A stretch of DNA of 64,000 nt, taken from positions 44,020,001-44,084,000 of the forward strand of contig NC_090339.1 of the NCBI RefSeq assembly GCF_035084215.1. Direction: 5' to 3'. Positions within the stretch are counted from its first letter, which is position 1, and every line of letters begins with the position of its first letter. Positions 49,391 to 62,758 of this stretch are shown piece after piece. This DNA comes from Heptranchias perlo. Taxonomy: Eukaryota. A model generated the notes under the pieces. The model saw nothing but the letters and a program-made list of their open reading frames with translations, was not told where the DNA came from and made no database searches. The translations under genes were made by a program, and so were the position numbers.

Positions 49391-51007
49391 CAAGAAAGAA
49401 TCCAATAAATAATCCATCATAGATGAAAATACTTCATTGTTATCGCACCTGTTAAGTAGCAATTAAGCTAATTTGTGAAGTGTGAAAGGAGCATGATTAT
49501 AGGGGTATTGTTATTGGTAGTGTTCTTTCATTCCCATCAATAAATTTGGGTCTCACAAGAACTTCTGAAAAAAAATAATTTTGAATTCATAAAAATAGGA
49601 AAATATGGCTTTAGATGTAGCGGAGAAATAAAGAGAAACAAGAAACTATGACAGGAGAGGATGAATTAGAAAAACAACTGGCGAAAAGAAAAATATAGAG
49701 CTATTGCTCACATTCTAGTTTAGTTTACAATTTGTCACTGTTGGAGACAAGTGAGTGCAATTTATGTTCAGCTTCAACTGACTGACCCAATTACTAAAAC
49801 ACAAAACTTTATATTCACTTAATTGCAATCAATAATAGACGGTTAAGTAATATGTTTGACCTGTTTCATTTCTGTCTCACCTTTTGTTCTGCTATTTTCT
49901 TTCCCAGTGCAATTTAATCTTGTAAGGTTTTGTCATGTGTGATGATGCCTGACCATGTTATAGATTTCAAAACTAAATTTGACATTGCATTTCTAATTCT
50001 ATTTAGTGACAGCAACTGCATGATTGATGGTAATAGAATATATTAAACATCCTCATCTTAAAGGAGAACTTAACCCTGTTTAAATGATGATGAATTTCAA
50101 TAACTCGCTCACAATCTGTCAAGTGTTTTGACCCAACTCAGTCTGTCTTACAGAGAAATTTGGCTTATAACATTGCACTGGAAAGATATGAACCCATTTC
50201 TTCTCCCCTCATCCTTGTACCCTAGGTGATAGCCTATAGTAAGTCTGCCAGTTTTTCCTACACAACTTTTGGCTTAAAATGTACTGAAATAAAGTAACAT
50301 GCCAAAACATTGCTAATCACATCATTTGCATCAAAATTGTAGGTGTTTATTGAATTTCGAAACATCAAAAGTTAACCCCCTTTTGCTGCTCTCCTATAGC
50401 TCTTCCATAAGGTTGCAATTCCTATGTGTGTTATTTTCAGTGTACTGCTAAATGCATTTGTTTCAAATTCATCTGTTTGCTAGTTTAACAATGTCACTAA
50501 TCTGTTTAATATAAAGCTAAAGATTATTTTTTAAATTGCTTTGTGGTAGACAGCAGAGAGAATGTTCTGAAACTGTGTCATCTCCATTTTGTTTACTTAC
50601 TCTTTAAATAGTAGCACAGGTACATCTTGTAATTTCTGCAGAAATGCTCCCAGGTAAATTATTTCTCCATTAATCTCTGCTACCTTGTCAGAAGTAAAGT
50701 GTGCTATAGCACTAAAGAAACTATAAAAATATAGAGTACAATTTAGTCTCTGCACTTTTAAGAAGATTTCAAATAATTTGTAACTTGACTTCGGGATCAC
50801 ACTTCATCAGAGTTGATGGAAAATATTAAGGAAACATTTACGCACTAAGCAGAATATTTAGCATAATGCAAACTTTCAAAAAAAGTTTACTGTTACAGCA
50901 TTAGATCAGAGAGCTCCCTCCCCCACTGGAAAATGGATCATCCAAAGTCTCCAAATTTTAGTCTTTCAATGAAGACAAGTGCAATACAAATAACAAGAGA
51001 CACAATA

Positions 51008-51783
51008 GGCTGGATTTTGCTGTAAAAATAATGGTGAGGCTAACAGTACTCAATGTTATTTATGTGCAAATCGATCAGCAACTTCCAGCGAGCGCACATG
51101 CGCAGTTAAACGTGGAAATCGGTAAGTTGCTGACTGAGATGCGTTGTCCCTCAGTAAGCTGCGCGAAAGTGGCATCTCGCCGTCTGGCTCCACATTCAAA
51201 TGAATTGAACGGCATGAAGTTCCTGCACTGACATCGTAGATACGGACTGAACTCGCCAGAAAAAGTTAAGGCTTGTCCATTCCAGTGTAAGTACCTTTTT
51301 AACGATGTGGTAAGTCATAATTACTGCCAAACAACCTCTCTGGCACTGAAAATTAACTTTAATAAGTGTGGAGTCTCATTCCTTCAGGATTTAATTATTG
51401 TTAGACATTTAAAAAAAATTAAATACATTTTTTTTCTTACTTTTTCTTTCTATCTCTTTTATCTCTCTATTAATCCAATCTTTCCTGTTCTTTATTTCTC
51501 TTTCTATACCTGATGTGACATTGAATTAATTATTCTAATTTACACTTCCTGGTTCAGTCTCTGCGCTGCTCATGAACGATTCTTTAATCTGATTGGTTCA
51601 GGAGACACACAGTTGCTTGCCCTGTTCACACAGGTCCCAGGTGCCCTGTAGAGAGTCCCGCACTGAATGGATCTCTAATTTACAGGAACTTGCCATGCAA
51701 AACCCCATAGAAAGTCTATGGGCAAGTGCAAGTCTAACGAATGGCTGGTGCTGTTCATTCGCCACTCACAGCAAAATCCGGCC
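51008..51783. mobile_element. Harbinger-type MITE
   Basis: TIRs GGCTGGATTTTGCTG / CAGCAAAATCCGGCC. Confidence 0.75.
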
Positions 51784-52619
51784 ATTATATCATTTTATTC
51801 ACCAAGAAAAGCAGGTAAAATAAAAATAACAAAAGAAGCTGTACAATGTGGCGACATCTCATGTGAGGCTTTGTCCTGCAAAAATACGAGTGGAAAATCT
51901 CAGTGCACATCACAGAGGTTCCACTGTATTCATAACATTGGATTGATATTCCAACATCAGTTCTAAATTCAACTTTCTTGCTTTTAAACCTTGTCCTACT
52001 GTCTGAAGTGATGTTTCCTTTTCAAAGAATGTTCATTATCTTGTTTTGGCTGGGATCATTCAAAGCAGGATTATTTCAAAGGTGTGAAATGCAGGATTTT
52101 AGTTCATTAATGCAGTTATGAGGTTTTATTCATTAGTATGAACACTAAATTGTTAAGTAATAGCACTGGAGGTGTGAGAAATATGAAGGTCTTTCACACA
52201 AATTAAACAGCTTATGCAACACGGTCAGTGCTGCCATGTTCTATTTATTCTATGCATTGGATTTTAAGCATGTAGACTGAATATTAAATGAAGATGACCT
52301 GATTAATTTTCATTTTTCATTTCACTGCTGTTCATTATCATACTCCTGGACTGTGGGATTATTGCAGACACTTGGAGAATAAGGATGAATACAAGTGTTC
52401 TTTTAATCACCTAACAATGTAATTTTTTTTTGTTTAATGTTCATGTATTTAATTCACAAACGTATTTTTCATTCTTTCAGCATCTCAGAATGGTCAGACC
52501 TGGAAATTGCCACCAGTTGATGCATCTTTGAGTGATCATTGGACAACAGTTTTTTGTTCATGTAACTGGGGTGATGTAATATAGCAAGTCAAAACCTGAC
52601 TTGATAACGGAAAACAGCA

Positions 52620-53499
52620 GCTAATTGGCCATGTGGTTGATAGTGAGGAGGAAAGCTGTAGACTGCAGGTGGGCAGAAAAGCAGCAAATGGAATTCAATC
52701 CAGAGAAGTGTGAGGTAAGGCATTTGGAGAGGGCAAACAAGGCAAGGGAGAATACAATAAATGGGAGGATACTGAGAGGTGTAGAGGAACAAAGGGACCT
52801 TGGAGTGCATATCCATAGATCCTTGAAGCTAGCAGGACAGGTAGTCAAGGTGGTTGAAAAGGCATACTGGATACTTTTCTTTATTAGCCAAGGCATAAGA
52901 TATAAGAGCAGGGAGGTTATGCTAGAACTGTATGAAACATTGGTTAGGCCACAGCTTGAGTACTGCGTACAGTTCTGGTCACCACATTACAGGAGAGCTG
53001 TAATCGCACTAGAGAGGATACAGAGGAGATTTACGAGGATGTTGCCAGGACTAGGGAATTTTAGCTATGAGAAATGATTGGATAGGCTGGGGTTGTTTTC
53101 TTTGGAACAAAGGAGGCTGAGGGGAGATTTAATTGAGGTATATAAAATTATGACAGGACTAGATAGAGTGGGTAGGGAGGACCTATTTCCCTTAGCAGAG
53201 GGGTCAGTAACCAGAGGGCATAGATTTAAATTGGTTGAAGGATTAGAGGGGAGCTGAGGAGAAATTTTTTCACCCAGAGGGTGGTGACGGTCTGGAACTC
53301 ACTGCCTGAAAGGGTGGTAGAGGCAGAAACCCTCAACTCATTTAAAAAGTACTTGGAAGCGCAATTGAAGTGCCGTAACCTCCAGGGCTACGGACCAACT
53401 GCTGGAAAGTGGGATTAAGCTGGAAAGCTCTTTTTTGGCCAGCACGGACCCGATGAGCCGAATGGCCTCCTTCTGTGCCATAACATTCTATGATTCTAT
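52620..53499 (+). mobile_element. CR1/HER1-type LINE 3' fragment
   Basis: ORF 52625-53077 (FNPEKCEVRH...RPQLEYCVQFWSP) and an (ATTCTATG)n tail. Confidence 0.9.
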
Positions 53500-54260
53500 G
53501 GGCTCAAATTTGAAATGGTGGCGGGTTGGCAGCGGGGGAGTGAAGGTCTGCGTGGCAAACCCGAATAAACAAAACTTACCGTTTTCAACGCGATCGCATC
53601 GTAATTGATGGTGATTAATGTGCTCTCCGGGTTTCGCGCCCGGCAGTCAGACTGATTGACAGGCTGGCTGCAGTCAGGAGTTGCAACGCGAGGGTGGGGG
53701 GGGAGAGAAAGAGAGAGACCGAGACGTCATTCGGCGCTGGAACGGAAGATTGGGGGGATGGGAGAGGGGAAGATCGGAGGAGAGCAGAGCAGTGAAGAGG
53801 GAGACATCGGGGGGACATCGGGGGGTGAAGAGGGGGAGATCGGAGAGGGAGACATCGGAGCGGGGTGGAAAGGTAGGTTGATTTTGTGTTTTAACTTCGT
53901 GCAATGGTTTGTTCTTTAATTTATTTTGTTTCTTATTGCCGGATCCAGCCCTTCAGGCGTGAATCAGAAGCCGTGGGAAAGCCGCCCAGGTAAGTTTAAA
54001 ATTGTTCTAACTACCTAATATGTCACAAGTGCCTTAAGTACCTCAATGAGGTACATTTGGTTCTTTAACTATCATCCCGTTGGCTTTAATTGCCGACAGG
54101 ACTTCCGGATTCGGGATGCCCGCGTGCATACAGGTGCGTCTGTGGGGAACTCGGAAGTCGGCGGGTTGGAGCTGGCTTCCGAACCCGAACAGGATTTCCC
54201 CGATTTTCGGAGCCCCCCCCGCCCCCAACGTAGCTGCAATTTCCCGGGAAAATCGAGCCC
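53500..54260. mobile_element. Harbinger-type MITE inserted in the CR1 tail
   Basis: TIRs GGGCTCAAATTT / AAAATCGAGCCC and TSD TAT. The right ~230 bp is homologous to the right end of Harbinger copy A (3420-3631). Confidence 0.85.
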
Positions 54261-54459
54261 TATGAATCTGTGAATCCTAATGGGTAAGGAATGATCTTAT
54301 TGAAATGTGTTTTAAAGTTCTTTAGGGTCCAAATTTAATTAAAAAGGAACAAGTTCATTAAGATTTAAAACAACACTGTATACAGTTCAGCCTCTGCTAA
54401 CACTGTCTTTAGCGCTGACTTGTGCAGTCTGGAGAAAACCGATTACTTAATTGATACAA

Positions 54460-55109
54460 CGGGCGACTTTAATCCCGCTTGCTCGGTGGAAACCGAACGG
54501 GCGGGCGGTTAAAATCACCCGGGAGACTTACCCGCCGACATCCCGCTCCCTTCCCACAGTGTTCCATTTTAACCTGCTTTTCTGAGCAAGCGGGAAGGTC
54601 ACCAGCCAGGGTCGTTTATTAATTATCTGTTGACATCATCATTGTCTGCCTTTATCAGTGGCCTGAACGGGAAAGTGGTTGTGGCTTTACTGTCAGGTCA
54701 ACCTAGTGGGGAAAAGAGTCGAGGCCAGAAGATGCCCAAAGAGGTAAGTCTTTTTAACTTTTATCGTTGGGCCAGGAGCAGAGTGAATGGTCTTCCGGGC
54801 CCCACAAGATAAGTTAAGGTCTCCCAAGCCCTTGGACGCTCCTGTCGCCCCCACCCAAATTGCGAGGCTCTCCTGAAACCCCTTCTCTTACTGAGTTCCA
54901 GGGATTGCTCCTTCAGTCCCCGCCGGCGGCTGCCTGCTACCCAACATTCCGCTCCTACTCGCCGTCCAGCTGCCCATTCCCACCGGTTTTGGGCAGGCAA
55001 CTGAATGGGGCATGCAGATAATGCCTGGCAGTTAAAATCACCTGGTCTGTACGCTGCCGAGATCAGGAACGTTTACCACCCGATTCCCGCCCCAAGTTAA
55101 AATCAGGCC
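54460..55109. mobile_element. Harbinger-type MITE
   Basis: Termini GGGCGACTTTAA / TTAAAATCAGGCC. Internally similar to 45148-45817. Confidence 0.6.
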
Positions 55110-55646
55110 TATAATGTCAGAAGCTGATTACTAAGGGAACATGTCTAAATTACATACTCTAACTGACATGAAATAGTGACACTTACTGAAGTACAGTAAG
55201 AAATTATTCCAAATGTATATGCATTTGTTTCACTACTTGAAGGAGCTGCTGGTCAACTTTTGGTCCCTTATGCCGACAATCACATTCATATTTGGCCACC
55301 TGGTACGCGGGATGAGCAATTCTGAAGATCTTCTGATGGATCAGTTCCTGCTAAATCACCCCAATTACATAAACATAGATTTGTAATTCAATGATCACAT
55401 ATGAGATATATGGGAGCTTGGTTAATGCTACTGTTCACAAGTCCAGGCAGCGGTCTCAACTACCTGATTAGGGAAAGGAAACTCAGATGTGGTGTATAAT
55501 GGATGGCCAATCCGACATTGCCCGTTTTGCACCATCACTGAAAGTTGATTGTGGGTTATTTCAACTTGAATTTCTATAAATAAAATGCCATTCTTTGACA
55601 AATTGTTTGAAATAAAAAATTGCAAACCGTGGCCTACTGACATTAA

Positions 55647-56454
55647 GGGGTAAATTTTTAACTTCCAGCCAGGAAGGGAGCGGGGCGGGGGGGGGGAAGA
55701 TTTCCGAAAACTCGAAGGTAAATGGATCGTGACCTTAATGAGACCCATCAAAGGCACTTCCGGGTTTCGTGTCCGGCAGCCTGCCTGATTGACAGGCTGG
55801 CTGGCTGTTGGCAGAGAAAGGAGCTGCATATCAGTAAACAGGACGGGAGGAAGAGAATGATCATTGGGTTTGGAAAAAATCGGATCAGGGTGAGGGAAGT
55901 TGGGGGACGTGGATGACGTTGGGGGGGTCAGCCAACATCGTGGATTGAGGGGGGTCAACCAGCATTGTGGATTAGGGAGGGGGTCCACCATAGTTGGGGG
56001 GGGGAGTTCAACCAATCACGGGGGTTCTGTCGGCCAGGTGAGCTTGTTGGGCCTGGATGAAGCACTGCTGCTTCTCCGGGCCCACAAGCAGTGCAATAAA
56101 GGCAGTCACCTCATGGATCTGGCCCTTCCCATCTGCTTTCACCTGATATGATACGGAGGCGATGGGAAACCCGAACAGGTACGGTAAAATTAATTTTAGT
56201 TGTCCAATACACAAAATGTTAAGCACCTCAAGTATCTCAATGAAGTACATTGCTCCTTTAGTTATTGGCCCCCCCTGGCTTTAAGTGGGGGTAGGACTTC
56301 CTGGTGACTGCTCTCCACACGCAGACAAATCTGCCTGGCTTAAACCCAGAAGTGGGCGTGTTGGAACCGAGATGTGGACCCGCTCTGAAAAGTTAGCATT
56401 TTAACTGCCCATCCGCCCCCAACCCACCCATTCTTGTGGGTTAAAATTTATTCC
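55647..56454. mobile_element. Harbinger-type MITE (reverse-oriented relative of 45148-45817)
   Basis: Termini GGGGTAAATTTTTAAC / GTTAAAATTTTATTCC flanked by TAA on both sides. Confidence 0.7.
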
Positions 56455-58264
56455 TAAGTATCTTGTCTGCAGAAAAGAGCTTTAATACAACTGGTCCCCA
56501 TTTTGCTTGTAGTGTTGTGTAGTGACAAGTGGCATTCTGGTGGAACAGCCCTTCTTCCTTTTTATATTCCCAATCTACAGCAATTACCTAGATAAGAGAA
56601 TTAGAGGGAAAAAAAATTATGTCTTCAGAAAATTTTATGTGGGAGGACAAAGTGCATAGAAGCTGATATTATTCAAAGTTATTTGGAGAGGCTCATGAGT
56701 GGGCTGGTGACTGAAGCATGGTGTTTAATATAGATAAATGCAAAGTAATCTAGATAATGGTGAATAATATTAATTTTCATTACAAGATGAATGACTGAAA
56801 ACTAAATGGCATGGAGCAGGAGAGGGTTTGTAAAATGCAGTCCCCATGTAATATTGCATTTGTTTTGTAAATGAGCAAAAAGGTGATTAGGTGCTTTGGA
56901 AATTTGGGGAAAAAAATCAAGTGCTAGATTCCAATATAGAACAACTCGGTCAAAGAGTTGCCATGGTAATGGAACATCACGCACTTGAACATGTGCTATC
57001 CAGCCATTTCTCAGTCTGTTGAAAGCACCTCTTTCATTAAATCATCTCTTACATAGTCAAGAGTACCATGGCGATTTATGAAGCAATGTTAAAAATTCTG
57101 CCTTAAAAGCACTCTGGTAGCTTTAATTGCTACAGAGGCCAAAACCATTGTGATAGAAATGGAAACCCTGCCCTAGCCTCCAGAACCATGTTGCTGAGCC
57201 CTGTTTCTTTCCTTTGGATATCTATACATTTCTATCCATTCTCTGCTAATTACAGAATTAAATCTGAAATAGTCTTTCAAACATGACACATTGCTAATTT
57301 AGATTGAAATGAGTAGAAAATACTGTTTGGTTGATTTTAAATGGAAAAATGGTTTGAAATTGACTTAAAAATGGTTGAGGAAGGACTACTGTACATTCAG
57401 TCGTAATGGCAACCTGCTGGGATCAGACACAGCATACTCTCCCATAGCTGATTTTCTAAATGTCTTTAATGCTTTCACTCAAAACCACCAAAGCATCAAA
57501 GAAGTAAGCCAGGCTGTTTTTTTATCCTTATTAAAAAAAAGGAAGCTTGACCAAGAACTCCCCTGGTCTCTGATTAAAATTTGCACGTGCAAGTTAAGAC
57601 ATTCCAGCTCATTCATTATTTGGCCTTAGTGGTTGTATGCCCCTCTTCTTGTCACAATAAAATCTAAATTAATCACATTGGAAAACAGACTAATATTAAA
57701 GCTGATTCTCAATCATTGAAGATATTGGAAAAGATAACAATAATTCACAAAGCAATAAACTAAAACAGAAGGTGCTAGTGATGCGGCCTATAGACGTTAT
57801 TTGCTAATAGAACCCAAATGAAAGCAAAGTGTGGTCCAAGTACAGGCCAATGATACAAGCTTTACATGCTGCTACAGCCCCAGGCATGTAAATGTTCTGT
57901 TATATGGAAAAAGTTGAATCAAAATGGTAGGAAGTTCATATTTTTCATACTACCTCACTGGCATCAAACATTATAACAGGTATATATTTTGAACTGAGAA
58001 ATAAGATGAAGGGCAATGGCCCTCCGTACAGAACAGCACCAAGGTTGAAAAGAATAGGAGAGAAGAATAAGTTAAGTCAAGAAGCACTGATCAGGTAATA
58101 TCACATTTTAAAATGTAATTGAAAGGGGAAACTAATGGAGGTAAAGGGTTCCACAATTTTGAGTCCTGGAAAAGAATACATTAGAGTATGAGATATGCAT
58201 TGAGTCTCAATTTCAACACAGGGAGGTGGAAGTATGCACAAGGCAGCATTTCCCTGAACGACCA

Positions 58265-58412
58265 TGGGGTTCTCCCAATTTCCCACCATAACATCAGTGG
58301 AAGATCAGCAGAAATCCTGGAGAAATAGTACAAACAGCCATTTTTAGCCATTTACAATGTTTCTTCAGGGATTCCGACAATCTCCCACCGGAGAACCCCT
58401 GTGGAAATTCCA
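58265..58412. mobile_element. Small MITE related to ~15331-15487
   Basis: Shares TTTTTAGCCATTTACA...CAGGGA...CAATCT and a GAAATTCCAGG end. Confidence 0.5.
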
Positions 58413-59364
58413 GGTGTATATTTGAAGGATACAAGGAAGAAGAGAGGGAAGTTCAGAGGAGTAATGACTATAGTATCATTGATAAAACAGAGCAAGGCAA
58501 AGAAGCTTACACTACAGACAGAACTAGGGAGGTTGGCAGCTGGAGATGAGAAACTTTATTGTATCGTATCCAGGAATCGGTTATCAATGGATTCCACTAA
58601 TTGTGGAGATTTTCTCTTATAAATCCTGGAGCATGATTTGAAAATATTGATCACAGGTATTGAATGCAATTTGTCATACATCTAAAAAGAAACTAAGAGT
58701 TGCCATTTTCTGAAACTATGAGGACATAGCTTTTTTTAAAGGCCAATTTTACACATAGCAGCAGTATTATACTGGTTTAAATGAAAATGCGCCTGATTAG
58801 TATAATAGATATGCACATTGTTCTCATGTTGCAAAGTTCTTTGATCCTTAATATAAGCTATATGTGAATATTGTGATGATTGGGTGAGCCTAAATGCTTT
58901 CAATAAGCAAGGCAAACAAAAACAGTGATACAGGGCACCCAAGCGTGAATGGAAGAGGAGGCATAGCAATCCATACAAACTCAAGATCAATTTAAAATCA
59001 ATGACTGCTTATATGATTAAGAATTGTTCATCCCTCAAACAGGTCTTCAGTGTAATCATCAGGACGTGCTATTCCACCCGACTGAGTATTTTCTATATGT
59101 TAAGGAAAAAAATCCAAGGCTTCTGCTTTCAGTTACTAATGTTATGTATTGTATTTCCAGAGTATTACTTATAATGCATATTTTTGAGCAAGATGTTTTT
59201 GAAACAGTGCTCAGCTATTTTGCAAAAGGGTAGTAGGATTCATAAGTGACCAATTTTTATGCTTGAAAAATAATTATCATTGCATATAATTTGTTTTAAG
59301 AACTTTGCACTAAAACAAAAGTGAAATATTATTGGTTTGTGTGCATAGTTCCTGCTTAATAGAT

Positions 59365-59792
59365 GCCAGCCTTGGCTGAGAGATATCACTTTCACCTCTG
59401 AGTCAGAAGGTTGTGCGTTCAAGTCCTACTTCAGAGACTTGAGCGCATAATCTAAGCTGACACTCCAGTGCAGTACTGAGGGAATGCTGCATTGTCAGAG
59501 ATAAACAGTCTTTCAGATGAGGTCCCATCTGCCCTCTCAGGTGGATGTAAAAGAAGAGCAGTGGAATTCTCCCCAGTGTCATGGCAAATATTTATCCCTC
59601 AACCAACATTACCAAAACAGATTATCTGGTCATGATCTCATTGCTGTTTTGGGGACCTTGCAGTGCCCAAATTGGGTGCTGCGTTTCTTACATTGCAAAT
59701 GTGACTACACTTCAAAAGTACTTTATTGGCTGTAAAGCATTTTGGGATGTCCTGAGGTCGTGAAGAGTTATATAAATGCAAATTCTTTCTTT
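59365..59792 (+). mobile_element. SacSINE1-like DeuSINE
   Basis: CCTCTGAGTCAGAAGGTTGTG.GTTCAAGTCC head, Deu-domain and TATATAAATGCAAATTCTTTCTTT tail. Confidence 0.82.
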
Positions 59793-61900
59793 TTATTTAA
59801 TTTTGTCAACAATTATCTTTTGGAGGTGGAAAATAAAGTTCTGGCAGCGCACATTACGAGGCACAAGCAGATCTCACTCGACAATGGGAGATTAACTCAT
59901 TATTATGTTTGGATGGAGCTCCCAACACATAACACATGACGGGCTGGAAGAGCACAGAGGCCGTAGGAGTGGGTTATTGGGTACCAGCAACTGTTGAAGG
60001 ACTGCTGACTGCCCTTAATGCAGTGCATGGCTTTTGTAAGAAAAGTTTGGTTGGGGAATGACAGCCTGATTGGTCGATTGAGCAGTGGAGGCCATGGTGT
60101 AGGAGATCCTACAATGAAAGGTAGCGATTTAGAAAACCAGTCTGCCAGCCTTATTATGGGGAGGACCTCCCATTTGCATATGGCTAACTGAAGAGTCTTG
60201 CACTTGGTCTGTGCTCAAGCTCTTCATGCACAAAGTGCTTTCCAATCACAAAAGCATGCACAGTACACTTGAGGTACAATATAAGCCTCAGGCATTCATG
60301 CCCGATAAGACAAGGCTGGTGGATTTCAAGTGCATTACATTATAAGCACCTCCATTTTCATATCATTTGTTTCCTAGAATTTCTACTGGTTGGGGATAAG
60401 GGGTGAAAATTCTACAGATAATGTTGCTGGTAAAGCTCTCGGAGACTAAAATAATGACTGTGTGCAGGTGCAAGTAGCAGGTGCATAGGGGCAAATCAAG
60501 ACCTTCATCTCTGGCACTTGAAATACTGTGGGGAACAGACTCAGATTGGCAGCCGTAATCAATCTTGAGGATGATTGGAACTGTAAAATCTGCCTCATTT
60601 CATATTTCAGCATATATCAGTATTACAAACACAAAAATTATACCGTGTAGCAAAACAGAAAAGGAACTAGAATAAAAAGCCCAATTTTTTCATCCAGGTT
60701 AAGAGACTTATGAACATTTACCTGATCTAGATTCTTAATTGTTTAAGATTATTCAGTCATTTTGATGATTTAATTGATTTAAGGGGGATTTATCTCTGCT
60801 AGAGTTTTATTGTTCAATTGAAATGATTTCCATTCATAGCTAGACTAAGGATTTGGCTTCTAAAGGGAGAAACATATCTATGAGGAATTGTCAAGTCTTT
60901 GGAGTGTACTCATGTAGCAAGATAATGGGCTCACCTGGCAAGCTCTCTTTCATCAAAATGTTCTCCCTCTGTATCCATGATTGTTTTGGAATAGAAACAA
61001 GATTCTATGGATGACTGCCACTTCCTGCACTTGAAGAAGAAATAGCTTTGAATGTTCAGCAATCACACAGTTCTTTTAAAACTGGAATAATTTAAGCAGT
61101 AATTTTAAATTCGAATTTGTTTCTCTTTTGCTCCTCTAGGCCACATCCTGTATCATTCTGCTGACTGAGAGGTCAGGCAGCTGACTGCTGTCATTAGGAA
61201 GTTCCTGAGATTGGTCTCCTATTTTCCTTCCCTTCTCTCTAGTGAGGTATCTTGATTCCACTTCAGAACCTCCCTTTACTGGCCTGGCTATGATTGGGAA
61301 CACAAACCTACATAAAGCAACAGGTCCATGTTTGAGGTACAATTGAGATCCTTGATGATTAAGGATATAGTTTGAATTATAAACAGAATTTCAATTTCTC
61401 CTCATGAATGAGTGATGTGTATATGCTCAGGTCAATTTATGGAGAGTATAATATCCCTTTACATTTCTTCTTGGAAAAGAGGGTGTCCTTAGTAGCAATA
61501 TATTATCTGAAGTTTTGAGTCAGTCATACTTTGTCACGTGCACAAAATGATTTTAAAAAAAATATACAAAATGAAAGAAAAAAGCTAGTCTTTTCTAGCC
61601 GCTACGAATCTATAGAGAAACAATCATCCTCTAAATGATCTCAGGAGATGCTCAAGGGGAATCGACTCAGCATTAGTAGTTACACCTTGTGGCCTTAGAA
61701 GGGATAGGTCATTTTAAACATAGGCTGCACCTTAGCAACAGAATATTAGGGTTTATATTTCTTGTCCTTATAAACAGCATATCCTTTAATTTTGCGAGAA
61801 GAAATGAAAAGGGGGTCCACTAGAATATATTATATGAACACAATTTAGCTGTTAAATTATACTATATTTTAATTGTGAATTAAGAAATAAATAAGATATT

Positions 61901-62657
61901 GGGCCAGAAATTGCGCACAGCAGCGTGGCAAGGCTCTCTGCACATCTTGCGAATAAAAGGAACGAATATATTTACTGCGGGGTCCGCGATGTCAACTTCC
62001 TCCGTCTTGACGTTTTCTCAATCTGTGCGTTGTCAAATCAATGTAAGTACTGGACAGACTGTGGGAATGGAAGCCACACCTGCAGAGTCTGTCAAGAAGA
62101 GAAGTCACGCCCACAAGCAGGCAAGTAGATATCATTCATTTAAAGTAAACTTCCGTATGTCAGTATAAATAAAAATTTAACTTATCTTCTTATAAAAAGC
62201 CAAGCAAATGATTTAATGTAATCAAACAGACAGAAGTTAAAAGTTTTTTTAAAAGTTTTTTAATTTTAATTGTTTTTTAATGACCAAAAATATTAAAATG
62301 AATAATATGACATTCCACATTTTAATAATTTAATATTTTGTTGTTTTGCAGTCATTAGGAGTCATTGTGCTTTTAAAAAGGTAGTGTAGAGCTGGTATCT
62401 TCCAGCATACCTTTTGGTGACGTAAGTATTTTCGTTCCAGCTGAGCAGATGGGTAAGTTAACGAATGTTTAATGATTTTGATTGTAGTGTAGCGTGGCCC
62501 TTTAATTCGGACCTGTCAAACTGCCAGTGAACCAATGGGAGCAAGTTCATGATTTCCAGGTTTTAGAGCGCATTCATGAACTTACTCCATTGATTCGCCG
62601 GCGGAGAGAGAGGACGCCATGACGGAAAGGCGTCTGGAGGTGAGTAATTTCTGGACC
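61901..62657. mobile_element. Harbinger-type MITE
   Basis: TIRs GGGCCAGAAATT / AATTTCTGGACC and TSD ATT. Confidence 0.8.
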
Positions 62658-62758
62658 ATTATATGAGAATTCCAAATTATAGAAGCACGATTCCTTATTT
62701 TCTTAGTTCAATAATTAATAATATATTTCTACCACAACAATTCATCAATTAAATGTAT

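Noticed and set aside
55428-56015. 195-aa Pro-rich ORF
   Set aside because: It starts inside a GC-rich MITE and runs into the flank. Low-complexity artefact.
60173-60180. ATTTGCAT octamer as an immunoglobulin or snRNA promoter
   Set aside because: Isolated 8-mer expected by chance in 64 kb, with no leader/V exon or snRNA nearby.
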